NCBI GenBank assembly: GCA_034431435.1
Contig: DAOUDG010000057.1
Location: 23,955 to 87,954, forward strand
Direction: 5' to 3'
DNA from: Anaerolineae bacterium
Lineage (GTDB): Bacteria > Chloroflexota > Anaerolineae > Epilineales > JAHCIE01
DNA: 64,000 nucleotides
Shown here: positions 18,334 through 28,523 of the stretch, piece after piece
How positions within the stretch are numbered: the first letter of the stretch is position 1
Layout: every line of letters begins with the position of its first letter
Notes under the pieces: model-generated
Database searches by the model: none
Told to the model about the DNA's origin: nothing
The model's input: only the letters and a program-made list of their open reading frames with translations
Program-made: the position numbers and the translations under genes

Positions 18334-19410
18334 ATGTATCTGCGCCCCTTCGACTTGAAGACCGCGACGATGAAGGATTGGGAAGCCCTGCACCGCTTCG
18401 ACGCCACCATTCACGCCGAGTTCTGGGGCGACCGCCCGCATCCGCCTTTCGAGCAGTTCGTGCGTGACACCCGTCACGAAGCGCCTTTGTGGGAGACCCG
18501 CCGCTATGCCATGTGGAACGGTCAGGGCGATATCGTTGGCCTGGCCGCCATGTGGATCAGCCGCACGGGCCGCAACAAGCATCTGATGGAAGCCACCATC
18601 GACGTGCTGCCGGAGTGGCGGCGGCAGGGTATCGCCCGCTGGTTGCTGGCCCCCATCGTTACCGTGGCCTGCCGCCACGGCATCCGCCTGCTGAAGGGCG
18701 TCACGAGCAGCGCGTCGCCGGCCGGCGAGGCGTTCATGCGCCGGCTGGGCGGCAAACCGGCCATGACCACATCGACCAACGTTCTGGCCATCGCCGACGT
18801 CGATCGCGCCCTGCTGCGCCGCTGGATCGAGACGGGCGAGACAAGCGCGGCCGACTTCGCCCTCGAAGAGTTGGTTGGCCCGTACCCCGACGACTGGCTG
18901 GGCAGCATCTCGGCTCTGTACGACGCGGCCAACGACGCCCCGCGCGGTGACCTGGACGCCGAGGACGAGCGACGCTCGCCGGAGTTGCTGCGCGAGATGG
19001 AGGCGGTCTCTCTGGCGCGGGGCGACGAGCGCTGGACGATGATCGCGCGCCATCGGCCGACTGGTGAGATCGCCGGGTTCACGGAGACGCACTGGAACGC
19101 GGTCCAGCCGGAGGGCGTGAGCCAGGCGTGGACCGTTGTCCTACCGCGCTACCGAGGCCACGGCCTGGGCCGCTGGCTGAAGGCGGCCATGCTGGAGAAG
19201 GTGTTGCGCCAGCGCCTAACGGTGCAGTGGATCAGCACCGGCAACGCTGACAGTAACGCGCCCATGCTGCGCATCAACTACGAGTTGGGCTTCAAGCCGT
19301 ATCGGTCCTGGATATTCTGGCAGCTTGAGGTAGGGCAGGCGCAGGCCTACCTGGCCGAGAAGGCGGCCGAGCCGCTGGCCCTCGAAGCGCCCGACTCCGT
19401 CCCCGCCTAG
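18334..19410 (+). CDS. Tandem-domain GNAT acetyltransferase, paralog 3 of 5
   Basis: NKHL, VLPEWRRQGIA, NDAPRGDL, VLPRYRGHGLGRWLKAAML, TGNADSNAPMLRINYELGF. Confidence 0.9.
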   Translation: MYLRPFDLKTATMKDWEALHRFDATIHAEFWGDRPHPPFEQFVRDTRHEAPLWETRRYAMWNGQGDIVGLAAMWISRTGRNKHLMEATIDVLPEWRRQGIARWLLAPIVTVACRHGIRLLKGVTSSASPAGEAFMRRLGGKPAMTTSTNVLAIADVDRALLRRWIETGETSAADFALEELVGPYPDDWLGSISALYDAANDAPRGDLDAEDERRSPELLREMEAVSLARGDERWTMIARHRPTGEIAGFTETHWNAVQPEGVSQAWTVVLPRYRGHGLGRWLKAAMLEKVLRQRLTVQWISTGNADSNAPMLRINYELGFKPYRSWIFWQLEVGQAQAYLAEKAAEPLALEAPDSVPA

Positions 19411-19427
19411 CCCGCACAGGAGTTGCG

Positions 19428-20492
19428 ATGCACATCAAATCTTTTGATCCGCAGACGGCGAGCGACACCGAGTGGAGCGCGCTGAACGTCTTCGACAATC
19501 GGAACGAGGCTGAGTTGTGGCCCGATGACCCGCCGGTGTCTGTGACCCGCACCCGTCGCCGCGCGCTGCGCCCCGAGTTTCTGGTGCAGGAGTATTGGGC
19601 GGCGTGGAACGAGGGTGAGACGGAGGTCATGGGCCTGGCGGATGCTCGCTACTGGCTTGCCGAGCACAACCAGCATCTGGTCATGTTTTCCCTGGCTGTC
19701 TTGCCCGCGTTTCGCTGCCAGGGTATTGGTCGCCAGTTCCTGGCCTGCATCGTGGACTTTGCACGCCGCGCCGGTCGCACCGACTTGCTGGACTGGGCCG
19801 CGACAGGGGCGGCGGGCGCGACGGGCTTCGCCCGCGCCGTGGGCGCGAAGGAAGGTATTCTCTCCAGCACCAACCAGCTCGACCTGCGCGACCTGGACCC
19901 GGCGTTGATGCGGGCGTGGCTGGCCCGCGCGCCAGAGCGGGCGTCGGGCTTCGAACTCCGCTACTGGGATGATGGCTACCCCGAAGAGGCCTACGCCGAG
20001 ATGGTCCACGTGCTGGACGCCATGAACGACGCGCCCCGCGATGAGATCTTCGAGGATGAGAAGTGGAACGAGGCGCAGTTGCGCGCTTACGACACGCTGA
20101 TTAAGAGCCAGGGCACGCTACGCTGGACGGCCTATGTTCGCGAGAAGAGCAGCGGCCGCATTGCCGGCTACTCCGAGGTGTTCTGGAATGCGGATCGCCC
20201 AACCATCCTGCATCAAGGCGATACCGGCGTGCTGCCCGCCTACCGTAATCGCGGCCTGGGCCGCTGGCTGAAGGCGGCCATGATTCTGCGCATCCTGGCT
20301 GAGCGGCCTGACGTGCGGTTTGTCCGCACCGGCAACGCCGATTCCAACGTGCCGATGTTGGGTATCAACTATACGATGGGCTTCCAGCCCTATCGGTCGT
20401 GGACGGGCTGGCAGTTGACCGTTGACCAGGCCGAACAATACCTTCTGTCGCGGGGTGTCAGCGTGGATGCGCTCGCACCCCTGGAGGCGTGA
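19428..20492 (+). CDS. Tandem-domain GNAT acetyltransferase, paralog 4 of 5
   Basis: NQHL, VLPAFRCQGIG, NDAPRD, TGVLPAYRNRGLGRWLKAAMI, RTGNADSNVPMLGINYTMGF. Confidence 0.9.
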   Translation: MHIKSFDPQTASDTEWSALNVFDNRNEAELWPDDPPVSVTRTRRRALRPEFLVQEYWAAWNEGETEVMGLADARYWLAEHNQHLVMFSLAVLPAFRCQGIGRQFLACIVDFARRAGRTDLLDWAATGAAGATGFARAVGAKEGILSSTNQLDLRDLDPALMRAWLARAPERASGFELRYWDDGYPEEAYAEMVHVLDAMNDAPRDEIFEDEKWNEAQLRAYDTLIKSQGTLRWTAYVREKSSGRIAGYSEVFWNADRPTILHQGDTGVLPAYRNRGLGRWLKAAMILRILAERPDVRFVRTGNADSNVPMLGINYTMGFQPYRSWTGWQLTVDQAEQYLLSRGVSVDALAPLEA

Positions 20493-21535
20493 TGCGCATC
20501 CTGCCCTTCGACCCCATCACGGCGAGCGCCCACGAATGGGAAGCTGCCTTCGCGCTGGAGCGGCAGAACGCGGCCGAGTTCAACCCCGATGATACCCCAC
20601 TGACCCTGGAGCAGCTTCGCGACCGCTGGCTCAACGAGCCGTCCTTTACTCGCATCCAGCGCTGGCTGGCCTGGGATGACGGGGGCGAGACGGTCTGGGC
20701 GCGCGCCCTTCTGAGACACCACACCACCGCCGAGAATCAGCACCTCGCCGACATGTGGGTCTACGTCGCGCCGGAGTGGCGGCGGCAAGGCCTCGGCGGT
20801 GCGATGCTGCAACCCATCGTCGACGGCGCGCAGGCCGCCGACCGCGGCCTGCTGCGAACCTGGACCCAGAGCATCGCGCCAGCCGGCGAGGCCTTCATGC
20901 GCGTCCTCGGCGCGCACAAGGCGCTGGAGACCTCGGAGAACGTGTTGGACATGGCCGACCTGGACCTGGACCTGATGCGCAAATGGGTCCAGCGCGCCCA
21001 GGAGCGAGCAGCGGGCTACCGGCTGGAGTTTGTCGAGGGCTGGTTCCCTGAGGCGGACCTGCCCGACATCGCCGCTGTCGTCGGCTCCCTCAACGATGCG
21101 CCACGCGGCGAGTTGCAGGTGGAGGACGATGTTCACACGGCGGACACCGTGCGCGCCTGGGAAGCGTCGATTCTGGGGCGGGGTGACAACATCTGGAGCG
21201 TGTTCGCCCGCGAGCCGCAGGTGGGGCGCGTCGTGGGTTGGACGGAGGTTGTCATCGACCCCCACAACCCCCATCGCCTCTACCAGGGCGGGACCGGTGT
21301 GCTGCGCGCGCATCGTAACCTGGGGTTGGGTCGCTGGCTGAAGGCGGCCATGGCCCTCAAGGTGGCAGAGCAGTTGCCCCAGGTCAGGTCGATTCGCACC
21401 GGCAACGCCGACGCCAACGCGCCCATGCTCAGCATCAACACCCGGATGGGCTTCCGCCCCGCCATCGCCGAGGCCGTCTGGCAGCTCGACCGCGAGCAGG
21501 CGCGAGCTTATCTGGCCTCGGCTCGAATGGCCTAG
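20489..21535 (+). CDS. Tandem-domain GNAT acetyltransferase, paralog 5 of 5
   Basis: NQHL, VAPEWRRQGLG, NDAPRGEL, TGVLRAHRNLGLGRWLKAAMA, RTGNADANAPMLSINTRMGF. GTGA overlap with paralog 4. Confidence 0.9.
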   Translation: MMRILPFDPITASAHEWEAAFALERQNAAEFNPDDTPLTLEQLRDRWLNEPSFTRIQRWLAWDDGGETVWARALLRHHTTAENQHLADMWVYVAPEWRRQGLGGAMLQPIVDGAQAADRGLLRTWTQSIAPAGEAFMRVLGAHKALETSENVLDMADLDLDLMRKWVQRAQERAAGYRLEFVEGWFPEADLPDIAAVVGSLNDAPRGELQVEDDVHTADTVRAWEASILGRGDNIWSVFAREPQVGRVVGWTEVVIDPHNPHRLYQGGTGVLRAHRNLGLGRWLKAAMALKVAEQLPQVRSIRTGNADANAPMLSINTRMGFRPAIAEAVWQLDREQARAYLASARMA

Positions 21536-21579
21536 CGAGTCACTTACCAGACAGACAGTGACGGTGGGCGGGGAACTGT

Positions 21580-21744
21580 CAGGGTTCTTTCAAAGTCGTA
21601 GACGGTGCAGAGAGTTCGCCGTGAAACAGGGGCATTCATAGCCGTAGTGGGACGGCAGGAGCTTCCATACGTACTCGACGGATCTGCGCTTCGGCTACTG
21701 CGGGGTGCTGACGAGCACGCTAGCCCGACTTTGAAAGAACCCTG
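21580..21744. mobile_element. 165-bp MITE with 19-bp perfect terminal inverted repeats and a 9-bp target-site duplication (ISAs1-like CAGGG ends)
   Basis: IRL cagggttctttcaaagtcg 21580-21598, IRR cgactttgaaagaaccctg 21726-21744, direct repeat gggaactgt at 21571-21579 and 21745-21753. No transposase inside. Confidence 0.88.
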
Positions 21745-21860
21745 GGGAACTGTGGCCTTTCTTGTGCTTCTTGGAAATCTGGTGCAATATGAACTTGACT
21801 CGGCGCGTTCGTACCTCAATCGATATTGAGGTGGGGGTTGACGTGCTTTGGAGGTAGGAG

Positions 21861-23375
21861 ATGTTGACGCGACTCAGGGTGAGCGGGTTTAAGAACCTAG
21901 TGGATGTTGACGTGCGCTTCGGCCCCTTCACTTGCATTGCTGGCGCAAATGGTGTCGGCAAATCCAACCTGTTTGACGCTATCATGTTTCTTAGCGCTCT
22001 GGCGGATCGACCATTCCTTGATGCCGCACTCTCAGTGCGAGCCGAGGGTGGGAGATATGGTGATGTCCGGAGCCTCTTCACCCGGATCGGAGATCAGTAC
22101 GTCAACGAGATGTCGTTCGAGGCGGAAATGATCGTGCCTGCAAAGGGATTTGACGATCTTTCCCAGCTAGCCAGGGCAAGCACAACCTTTCTCAAGTATT
22201 CCCTTACCCTCCGCTATAGACAAGACGACGAGTTGAGACCGATCGAAGCACTAGAGTTAGCACGTGAAGACCTCGGCTACATCAGCATGGGGGAAGCAAC
22301 AAAGCACCTTCTGTTCAAACCTAGCACGGCCTGGCGCAAGGGAGCCCTGATTGGGCGACGCACATCCCCCTTCATCTCTACCTCAGACCGCGAGCCGCAC
22401 AATATTGAAGTTCATCAGGAAGGTAGACAAGGGCGAAATCGTCGGCTACTCGCCAAGACGCTCCCGCGAACAGTTCTTTCTACTACGAACGCTGCAGAAA
22501 ACCCTACTGCGCTACTCGCACGGCGGGAGCTTCAGTCATGGCGCTTGTTGCAACTCGAACCATCAGCTCTCCGCACTCCCGATGAGCTACGCAATCCACC
22601 AGGACTAGGCACCGATGGGTCCCACCTTCCTGCTACAGTCTATCATCTTGCTCGTGCCTCTACGGCAGTCACGGAAGCAGATGCCGATGTATCGACTCTT
22701 GACATGTATGGTCAGCTAGCCAATCGTCTCGCCGACCTTATCGACGATGTAAGGGAAGTCTGGGTAGATCGAGATGAACAACGTCGCCTACTTACGCTCT
22801 ATCTACGCGATCGAGATGCCACTGCTCATCCTGCACGAGCCTTATCTGATGGGACACTGCGCTTCTTAGCCTTAGCCGTGTTGGAACTCGACCCAGCAGC
22901 ACGTGGGGTCCTCTGTCTAGAAGAACCTGAGAACGGCATTCACCCAGCACGCATTGCTGCCATGCTTCGCCTGCTACAGGATATAGCTACTGACATCAGC
23001 AGACCGGTAGGTTCCGACAACCCTCTTCGCCAGGTCATTATTAACACGCACTCGCCCGCGGTCGTTAGCCAGATTCCTGACGATAGCCTTCTCCTAGCGG
23101 AACTGAGGGAAGTGATTATGCACGGCCAGCGCTTCAAAGGAGTCCACTTCAGCCATCTCAAGGGAACCTGGCGTGATACCGGAGATGATGCCGACGTGGT
23201 GGCTCGCGGAAGACTACTCGATTACCTGAACCCGGTGGAGGACTCTGGCTCGTTCACGCAAGCAGGTTATGGCCGCACACCGGCACGCGGGTACCATGTG
23301 CCTCGCGGCCGCCGTATTGTGGATCGAGAAGATCTGCAACCCTATCTGCTCAATCTTCCCAGAATCGCGGAATGA
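21861..23375 (+). CDS. ABC-type (AAA_21/AAA_15-like) ATPase
   Basis: Walker A GANGVGKSN, signature LSDGTLRFLAL, Walker B/D-loop LEEPENGIHP, H-loop NTHSP. GC is lower than the flanks. Confidence 0.88.
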   Translation: MLTRLRVSGFKNLVDVDVRFGPFTCIAGANGVGKSNLFDAIMFLSALADRPFLDAALSVRAEGGRYGDVRSLFTRIGDQYVNEMSFEAEMIVPAKGFDDLSQLARASTTFLKYSLTLRYRQDDELRPIEALELAREDLGYISMGEATKHLLFKPSTAWRKGALIGRRTSPFISTSDREPHNIEVHQEGRQGRNRRLLAKTLPRTVLSTTNAAENPTALLARRELQSWRLLQLEPSALRTPDELRNPPGLGTDGSHLPATVYHLARASTAVTEADADVSTLDMYGQLANRLADLIDDVREVWVDRDEQRRLLTLYLRDRDATAHPARALSDGTLRFLALAVLELDPAARGVLCLEEPENGIHPARIAAMLRLLQDIATDISRPVGSDNPLRQVIINTHSPAVVSQIPDDSLLLAELREVIMHGQRFKGVHFSHLKGTWRDTGDDADVVARGRLLDYLNPVEDSGSFTQAGYGRTPARGYHVPRGRRIVDREDLQPYLLNLPRIAE

Positions 23376-24025
23376 GCATGCTTCGCTATTCGCTCGTGTC
23401 AGATGGTCCCTCAGATCGGGTCTTGGTGCCACTTTTGACCTGGCTCCTGAGAGATATAGGTGTGAATATATCCATTCAGGCTCAGCATGCCGACATGAGG
23501 CATCTTCCTCGCCCTCCCCGCTCATTGTCTGATCGTATCGCTACCGCTGTCGATCTATATCCATGCGATCTTCTGTTCGTGCACCGCGATGCGGAACGGG
23601 AGGATCTGGAGCATCGCCGTATTGAGATACGGGCAGCGGTAGCTGAAGCACGTCGCCAAGGTGCAATTTCCTCCGTGGTCTGCGTCATTCCTGTGCGAAT
23701 GCAGGAAGCATGGCTTCTGATCGACGAGGAGGCAATTCGCCATGCTGCCGGCAATCGGTATGGCAGGATGCCCCTCAATATGCCACGGATTAGCGGCCTT
23801 GAGACCATTCCTGACCCGAAGGCGGAGTTGTACTCGTTGCTCCGGCAGGCGAGTGGTCTGCAAGGTAGAAGGCTGGACTCGTTCCGAGTGTCGGCCAGTG
23901 CTTATCGCGTAGCGGACGGGATCACTGACTACGCTCCACTGCGCTCGCTGACGGCCTTTCGAGAGCTTGAAGAGGAACTGAGAACAACCCTGGGAGAATT
24001 GGGACTTGTTGGGCTGGCTCATTAA
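23372..24025 (+). CDS. DUF4276-like / TOPRIM-like partner protein of the ATPase
   Basis: ATGA overlap with the ATPase. It has an N-terminal beta-strand plus acidic motif (LVSDGPSD), FVHRDAE, EAWLL and PDPK, resembling DUF4276 proteins as I recall them. Confidence 0.6.
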   Translation: MSMLRYSLVSDGPSDRVLVPLLTWLLRDIGVNISIQAQHADMRHLPRPPRSLSDRIATAVDLYPCDLLFVHRDAEREDLEHRRIEIRAAVAEARRQGAISSVVCVIPVRMQEAWLLIDEEAIRHAAGNRYGRMPLNMPRISGLETIPDPKAELYSLLRQASGLQGRRLDSFRVSASAYRVADGITDYAPLRSLTAFRELEEELRTTLGELGLVGLAH

Positions 24026-24055
24026 TGGAGGAGATCAAGCGTCCTAATTGGCGTC

Positions 24056-24844
24056 ATGTCAGATCAAGTGGGCGTGATTGACGAGATAGCTCTCATCGAA
24101 GAACTGGCCGCCAACGCCTGGCCCGCCGAGATCAATCAGGCGCTGGACGGCTGGCGGTTGCGCTTCAACGTGGGCGTCACGTCGCGGGCTAACTCGGTGT
24201 GGGCCAACGCCGACGGCGGACGCGTGCCGCTGGCCGAGCGGCTCGACCTGGTGGAGGACTTCTATACGCGCCACGGCATCCCGCCGTGTTATCAAGTCAC
24301 GCCCGCCGCTCAGCCGGCCGACCTGGACGCCGTGCTGGCCGACCGTGGCTACACCACTCACTCGTTCACGCTGGTTGAGGCGGCGGCGTTGGCCCCGGTC
24401 GCGGCTGCGAGCCTGCCCCGCGCGGATGTGCGCGTCGATCTCGCCGACAGGCTCAGCGACGACTGGCTGGCGGTGTATCAGGCCGTGGAGGCTGGCAGCG
24501 ATCACGCGCTCGCCGCCCGGCAAGGCATCTTGCGCCGCATCGGGCCGCGCGCTGGCTACGCCCTGGCGCGGCTGGATGGCATCGCCGTAGGTGTGGCCCT
24601 GGGTGTCGTGGAGCGCGGCTGGCTGGGCGTCTTCTGCATGGGAACTCTCGCGGCCGCCCGGCGGCGAGGTGTGGGCGCGTCGGTCTTGGGCGCACTGGCT
24701 GCCTGGGCGCTTGGGGAGGGCGCGACCCAGGCCTACCTTCAGGTGGTGGCCGCCAACGCGGTGGCCCGCGCGCTGTACGAGTCCGTCGGCTTCGCGCCGC
24801 TGTACGAGTATCACTATCGCCAGCGGCGCGCGCGCTCGCCTTGA
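24056..24844 (+). CDS. GNAT family N-acetyltransferase
   Basis: LDGWRLRF..GVTSRANSV, ARRRGVG, AYLQVVAANAVARALYESVGF. Confidence 0.88.
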   Translation: MSDQVGVIDEIALIEELAANAWPAEINQALDGWRLRFNVGVTSRANSVWANADGGRVPLAERLDLVEDFYTRHGIPPCYQVTPAAQPADLDAVLADRGYTTHSFTLVEAAALAPVAAASLPRADVRVDLADRLSDDWLAVYQAVEAGSDHALAARQGILRRIGPRAGYALARLDGIAVGVALGVVERGWLGVFCMGTLAAARRRGVGASVLGALAAWALGEGATQAYLQVVAANAVARALYESVGFAPLYEYHYRQRRARSP

Positions 24845-24883
24845 CATGCCTGTGCCACTCTGGTACAATCCTGTCTAGACAGG
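24841..24883 (+). promoter_or_regulatory. Promoter TTGACA-N17-TACAAT with an adjacent NagR/DasR-like operator palindrome CCTGTCTAGACAGG
   Basis: -35 at 24841-24846, -10 at 24864-24869, and a perfect 14-bp palindrome at 24870-24883 whose GTCTAGAC core matches dre-type sites. Confidence 0.8.
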
Positions 24884-24901
24884 TGTGCAAGGGGGCAAGC
24901 C

Positions 24902-25627
24902 ATGTTGGACAAGACTGGGGCCGTGCCTATCTACTCGCAGGTCAAGGAATTTGTCCGCGAGAAGATCGAGGCCGGGGTGTGGCCGCCGGGGACTCTTATC
25001 CCCTCCGAGCGCGACTTCTGCGAACAGTTCAGCATCAGCCGCATGACCGTGCGCCAGGCGCTAGGTGAGCTGGTGAGTGAGGGATTGGTGGTGCGGGAGA
25101 AGGGCAAGGGCACATTTGTCGCCTTGCCCCGCCTGCGCCAGCGTCTGACACGCCTCAGCGGCTTCTCCGACGACATGCACGCCCGTGGCAAGCAGCCCGG
25201 CGCCCGTCTCCTCTCCATCCGCCGCGTGCCCGCCAAACCTTCCGCCGCCCGCGCCCTGGGCATATTGCCCCACGAAGATATCGTGGTCATTGAGCGCCTC
25301 CGCCTGGCCGACAGTGAGCCACTGGCTGTCGAGGCCAGTCATCTGCACTTCGTCGGCATGGAAGGCCTGATGGGGCGCGACCATATCGCCTCCCTCTACC
25401 AGGTCCTGAGTGACGAGTTCGGTGTCCAGCCGACCCGCGCCGAGCAGGAGATCGAGGCCTCAGGGGCCACGGCGCGGGAGGAGGATCTGCTACGCCTGGA
25501 ACGTGGCGCACCGGTCCTCCGCACGCGGCGAACCACCTACGATGCCCACGGCCGCTCCTTCGAGTACGCCGAGGCGGTCTACCGGGGCGACCGCTATACC
25601 TTCTTCGCCGAGCTGTCGAATGTCTGA
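24902..25627 (+). CDS. GntR/HutC family regulator (NagR/DasR-like, UTRA domain)
   Basis: PIYSQV, IPSERDFCEQFSISRMTVRQAL, KGKGTFV, YRGDRY. Heads an amino-sugar operon. Confidence 0.9.
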   Translation: MLDKTGAVPIYSQVKEFVREKIEAGVWPPGTLIPSERDFCEQFSISRMTVRQALGELVSEGLVVREKGKGTFVALPRLRQRLTRLSGFSDDMHARGKQPGARLLSIRRVPAKPSAARALGILPHEDIVVIERLRLADSEPLAVEASHLHFVGMEGLMGRDHIASLYQVLSDEFGVQPTRAEQEIEASGATAREEDLLRLERGAPVLRTRRTTYDAHGRSFEYAEAVYRGDRYTFFAELSNV

Positions 25628-27289
25628 GCCGCTGCAACATCCAATCCCTCGGCTGGCCGATCTAAGCCTCGAGCAGAAGGTAGGCCAGGTCATCATGGGC
25701 GGCTTTGCGGACCCCGTCGCCGATAGTGCGACGCTGGCCGCTGTCGCTGATGGTAGCCTGGGCAATGTCATCCTGTTCGCCCGCAATTGCCCCGACGCCG
25801 AGACTGTGGCAAGCCTGACGCGCGCGCTGCAAGGCGCCGCGCCCATCCCCTTACTCATCGCCGCCGACCAGGAAGGCGGCCTCGTCACGCGGCTCAATGT
25901 TGGCGCGACCCTCACGCCGGGCGCGATGGCGCTCGGCGCGACGGGCGACACGGCGCTGGCCGAGCAGGTAGCCGCGATGATGGCCGACGAGTTGCGCGGC
26001 GTCGGCATCAACGCCTGCCTCGCCCCGGTCGCCGATGTGAACGCCAACCCGGCGAACCCGGTCATTGGCGTGCGCTCCTTCGGCGAGGACCCGGACCAGG
26101 TGGCGCGCTTCGTGGCAGCGACGACGCGAGGGCTGCAACACCAGGGTGTCGCCGCCTGCGCCAAGCATTTCCCTGGCCACGGCGACACGGGCGTCGACTC
26201 GCACCTGGCGCTGCCGCGCATCGACCGCAGCCTGGACGACCTGGAGCGCGTGGACCTGGTTCCCTTCCGGGCGGCCATTGCCGCAGGTGTGCGCCTGGTG
26301 ATGACGACGCACATCCAGTTCCCCGCCCTCGACCCTGACCGCCCCTCAACATTGAGTCGCGCCATCCTGACGGGCTTGCTGCGCGAGCGGCTTGGCTTCC
26401 AGGGCGTGGTGATTACCGACTCGATGGAGATGCGGGGCATTACCCAGGATCGCACCCCGGCCGAGGCGTGCCTGGCGGCCTTTGCCGCCGGGGCTGACAT
26501 CGTGTGTCCGTCCCACGAGCGCACGGACCAGGCGGGGGCATACGCGCTCATCCTGGCGGCAGTTCGGGAGGGGCGCGTGCCCCTGGCGCGGCTGGACGAG
26601 GCCGTGGCGCGGGTGCTGGCCCTCAAGCAGTGGCTGCTCAGCCAGGGCAGCCTGCGCGCGGATGCGGCCGCCTTTGCCCGCCTGGACACACCGGGCCATC
26701 ACGAGGTGGCCGCCATCGCAGCCGGGCGAGCCATTACCCTGGTACGACACGAGGGGCCGTGGCCGCCATCGCTAGCGGGTCGGGTCGCCGTTGTCGAGTT
26801 CGGGCAGCCACGCTTCACGGGAGCCGAAGAGGGCCAGGGGCGATTGGGCGCGCTGGCCTGGCGGCTGGCGGCGGCCCTGGGACAGCGCGCCGAGGTTCGT
26901 TCTGTCGTGGCCGGGGTGACGCCTGGCGAGGAGGAAGCTGCACTGTGCCTGGCGGCGGCCCAGGCGGCGGATTCGCTGGTGGTCGGCACGCGCAGCGCGA
27001 CGCTGTATGCGGCCCAGGCTGAAGTGGTGAAGCAGCTTCTGGCTGTTGGAAAGCCTACGGTCGTCATCGCGCTACGGACACCCTATGACCTGGCCGCTTT
27101 CCCCGAGGCGGCTACCTATCTGGCAACCTACGGCGACGCCATGCCGTCGCTGGCGGCGGTCGCCGCGGCCCTGGTGGGTACGGAGATGCCGCCCGGCGCG
27201 TTGCCGGTCACCATCCCCGGCCTGTACCCGCGTGGCTTTTCTATCCATCACCATCAAGTATCATCGAGCGATGAGGAGCTACGTCGATT

Positions 27290-27293
<4 letters not shown>
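25620..27293 (+). CDS. nagZ: GH3 beta-N-acetylglucosaminidase
   Basis: ADQEGG, KHFPGHGDTGVDSH, ITDSMEM. ATG 25620 overlaps the gntR stop. Confidence 0.92.
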
Positions 27294-28465
<1,172 letters not shown>

Positions 28466-28523
28466 CTCATGTGGTCAACGCCGGGCCACTGGTGGCCCAG
28501 GCGCAGGAACTCAAGGAGGAACC

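Noticed and set aside
21605-21829. 74-aa ORF and overlapping antisense ORFs in the low-GC spacer
   Set aside because: They cross the MITE boundary, and none shows transposase or other motifs.
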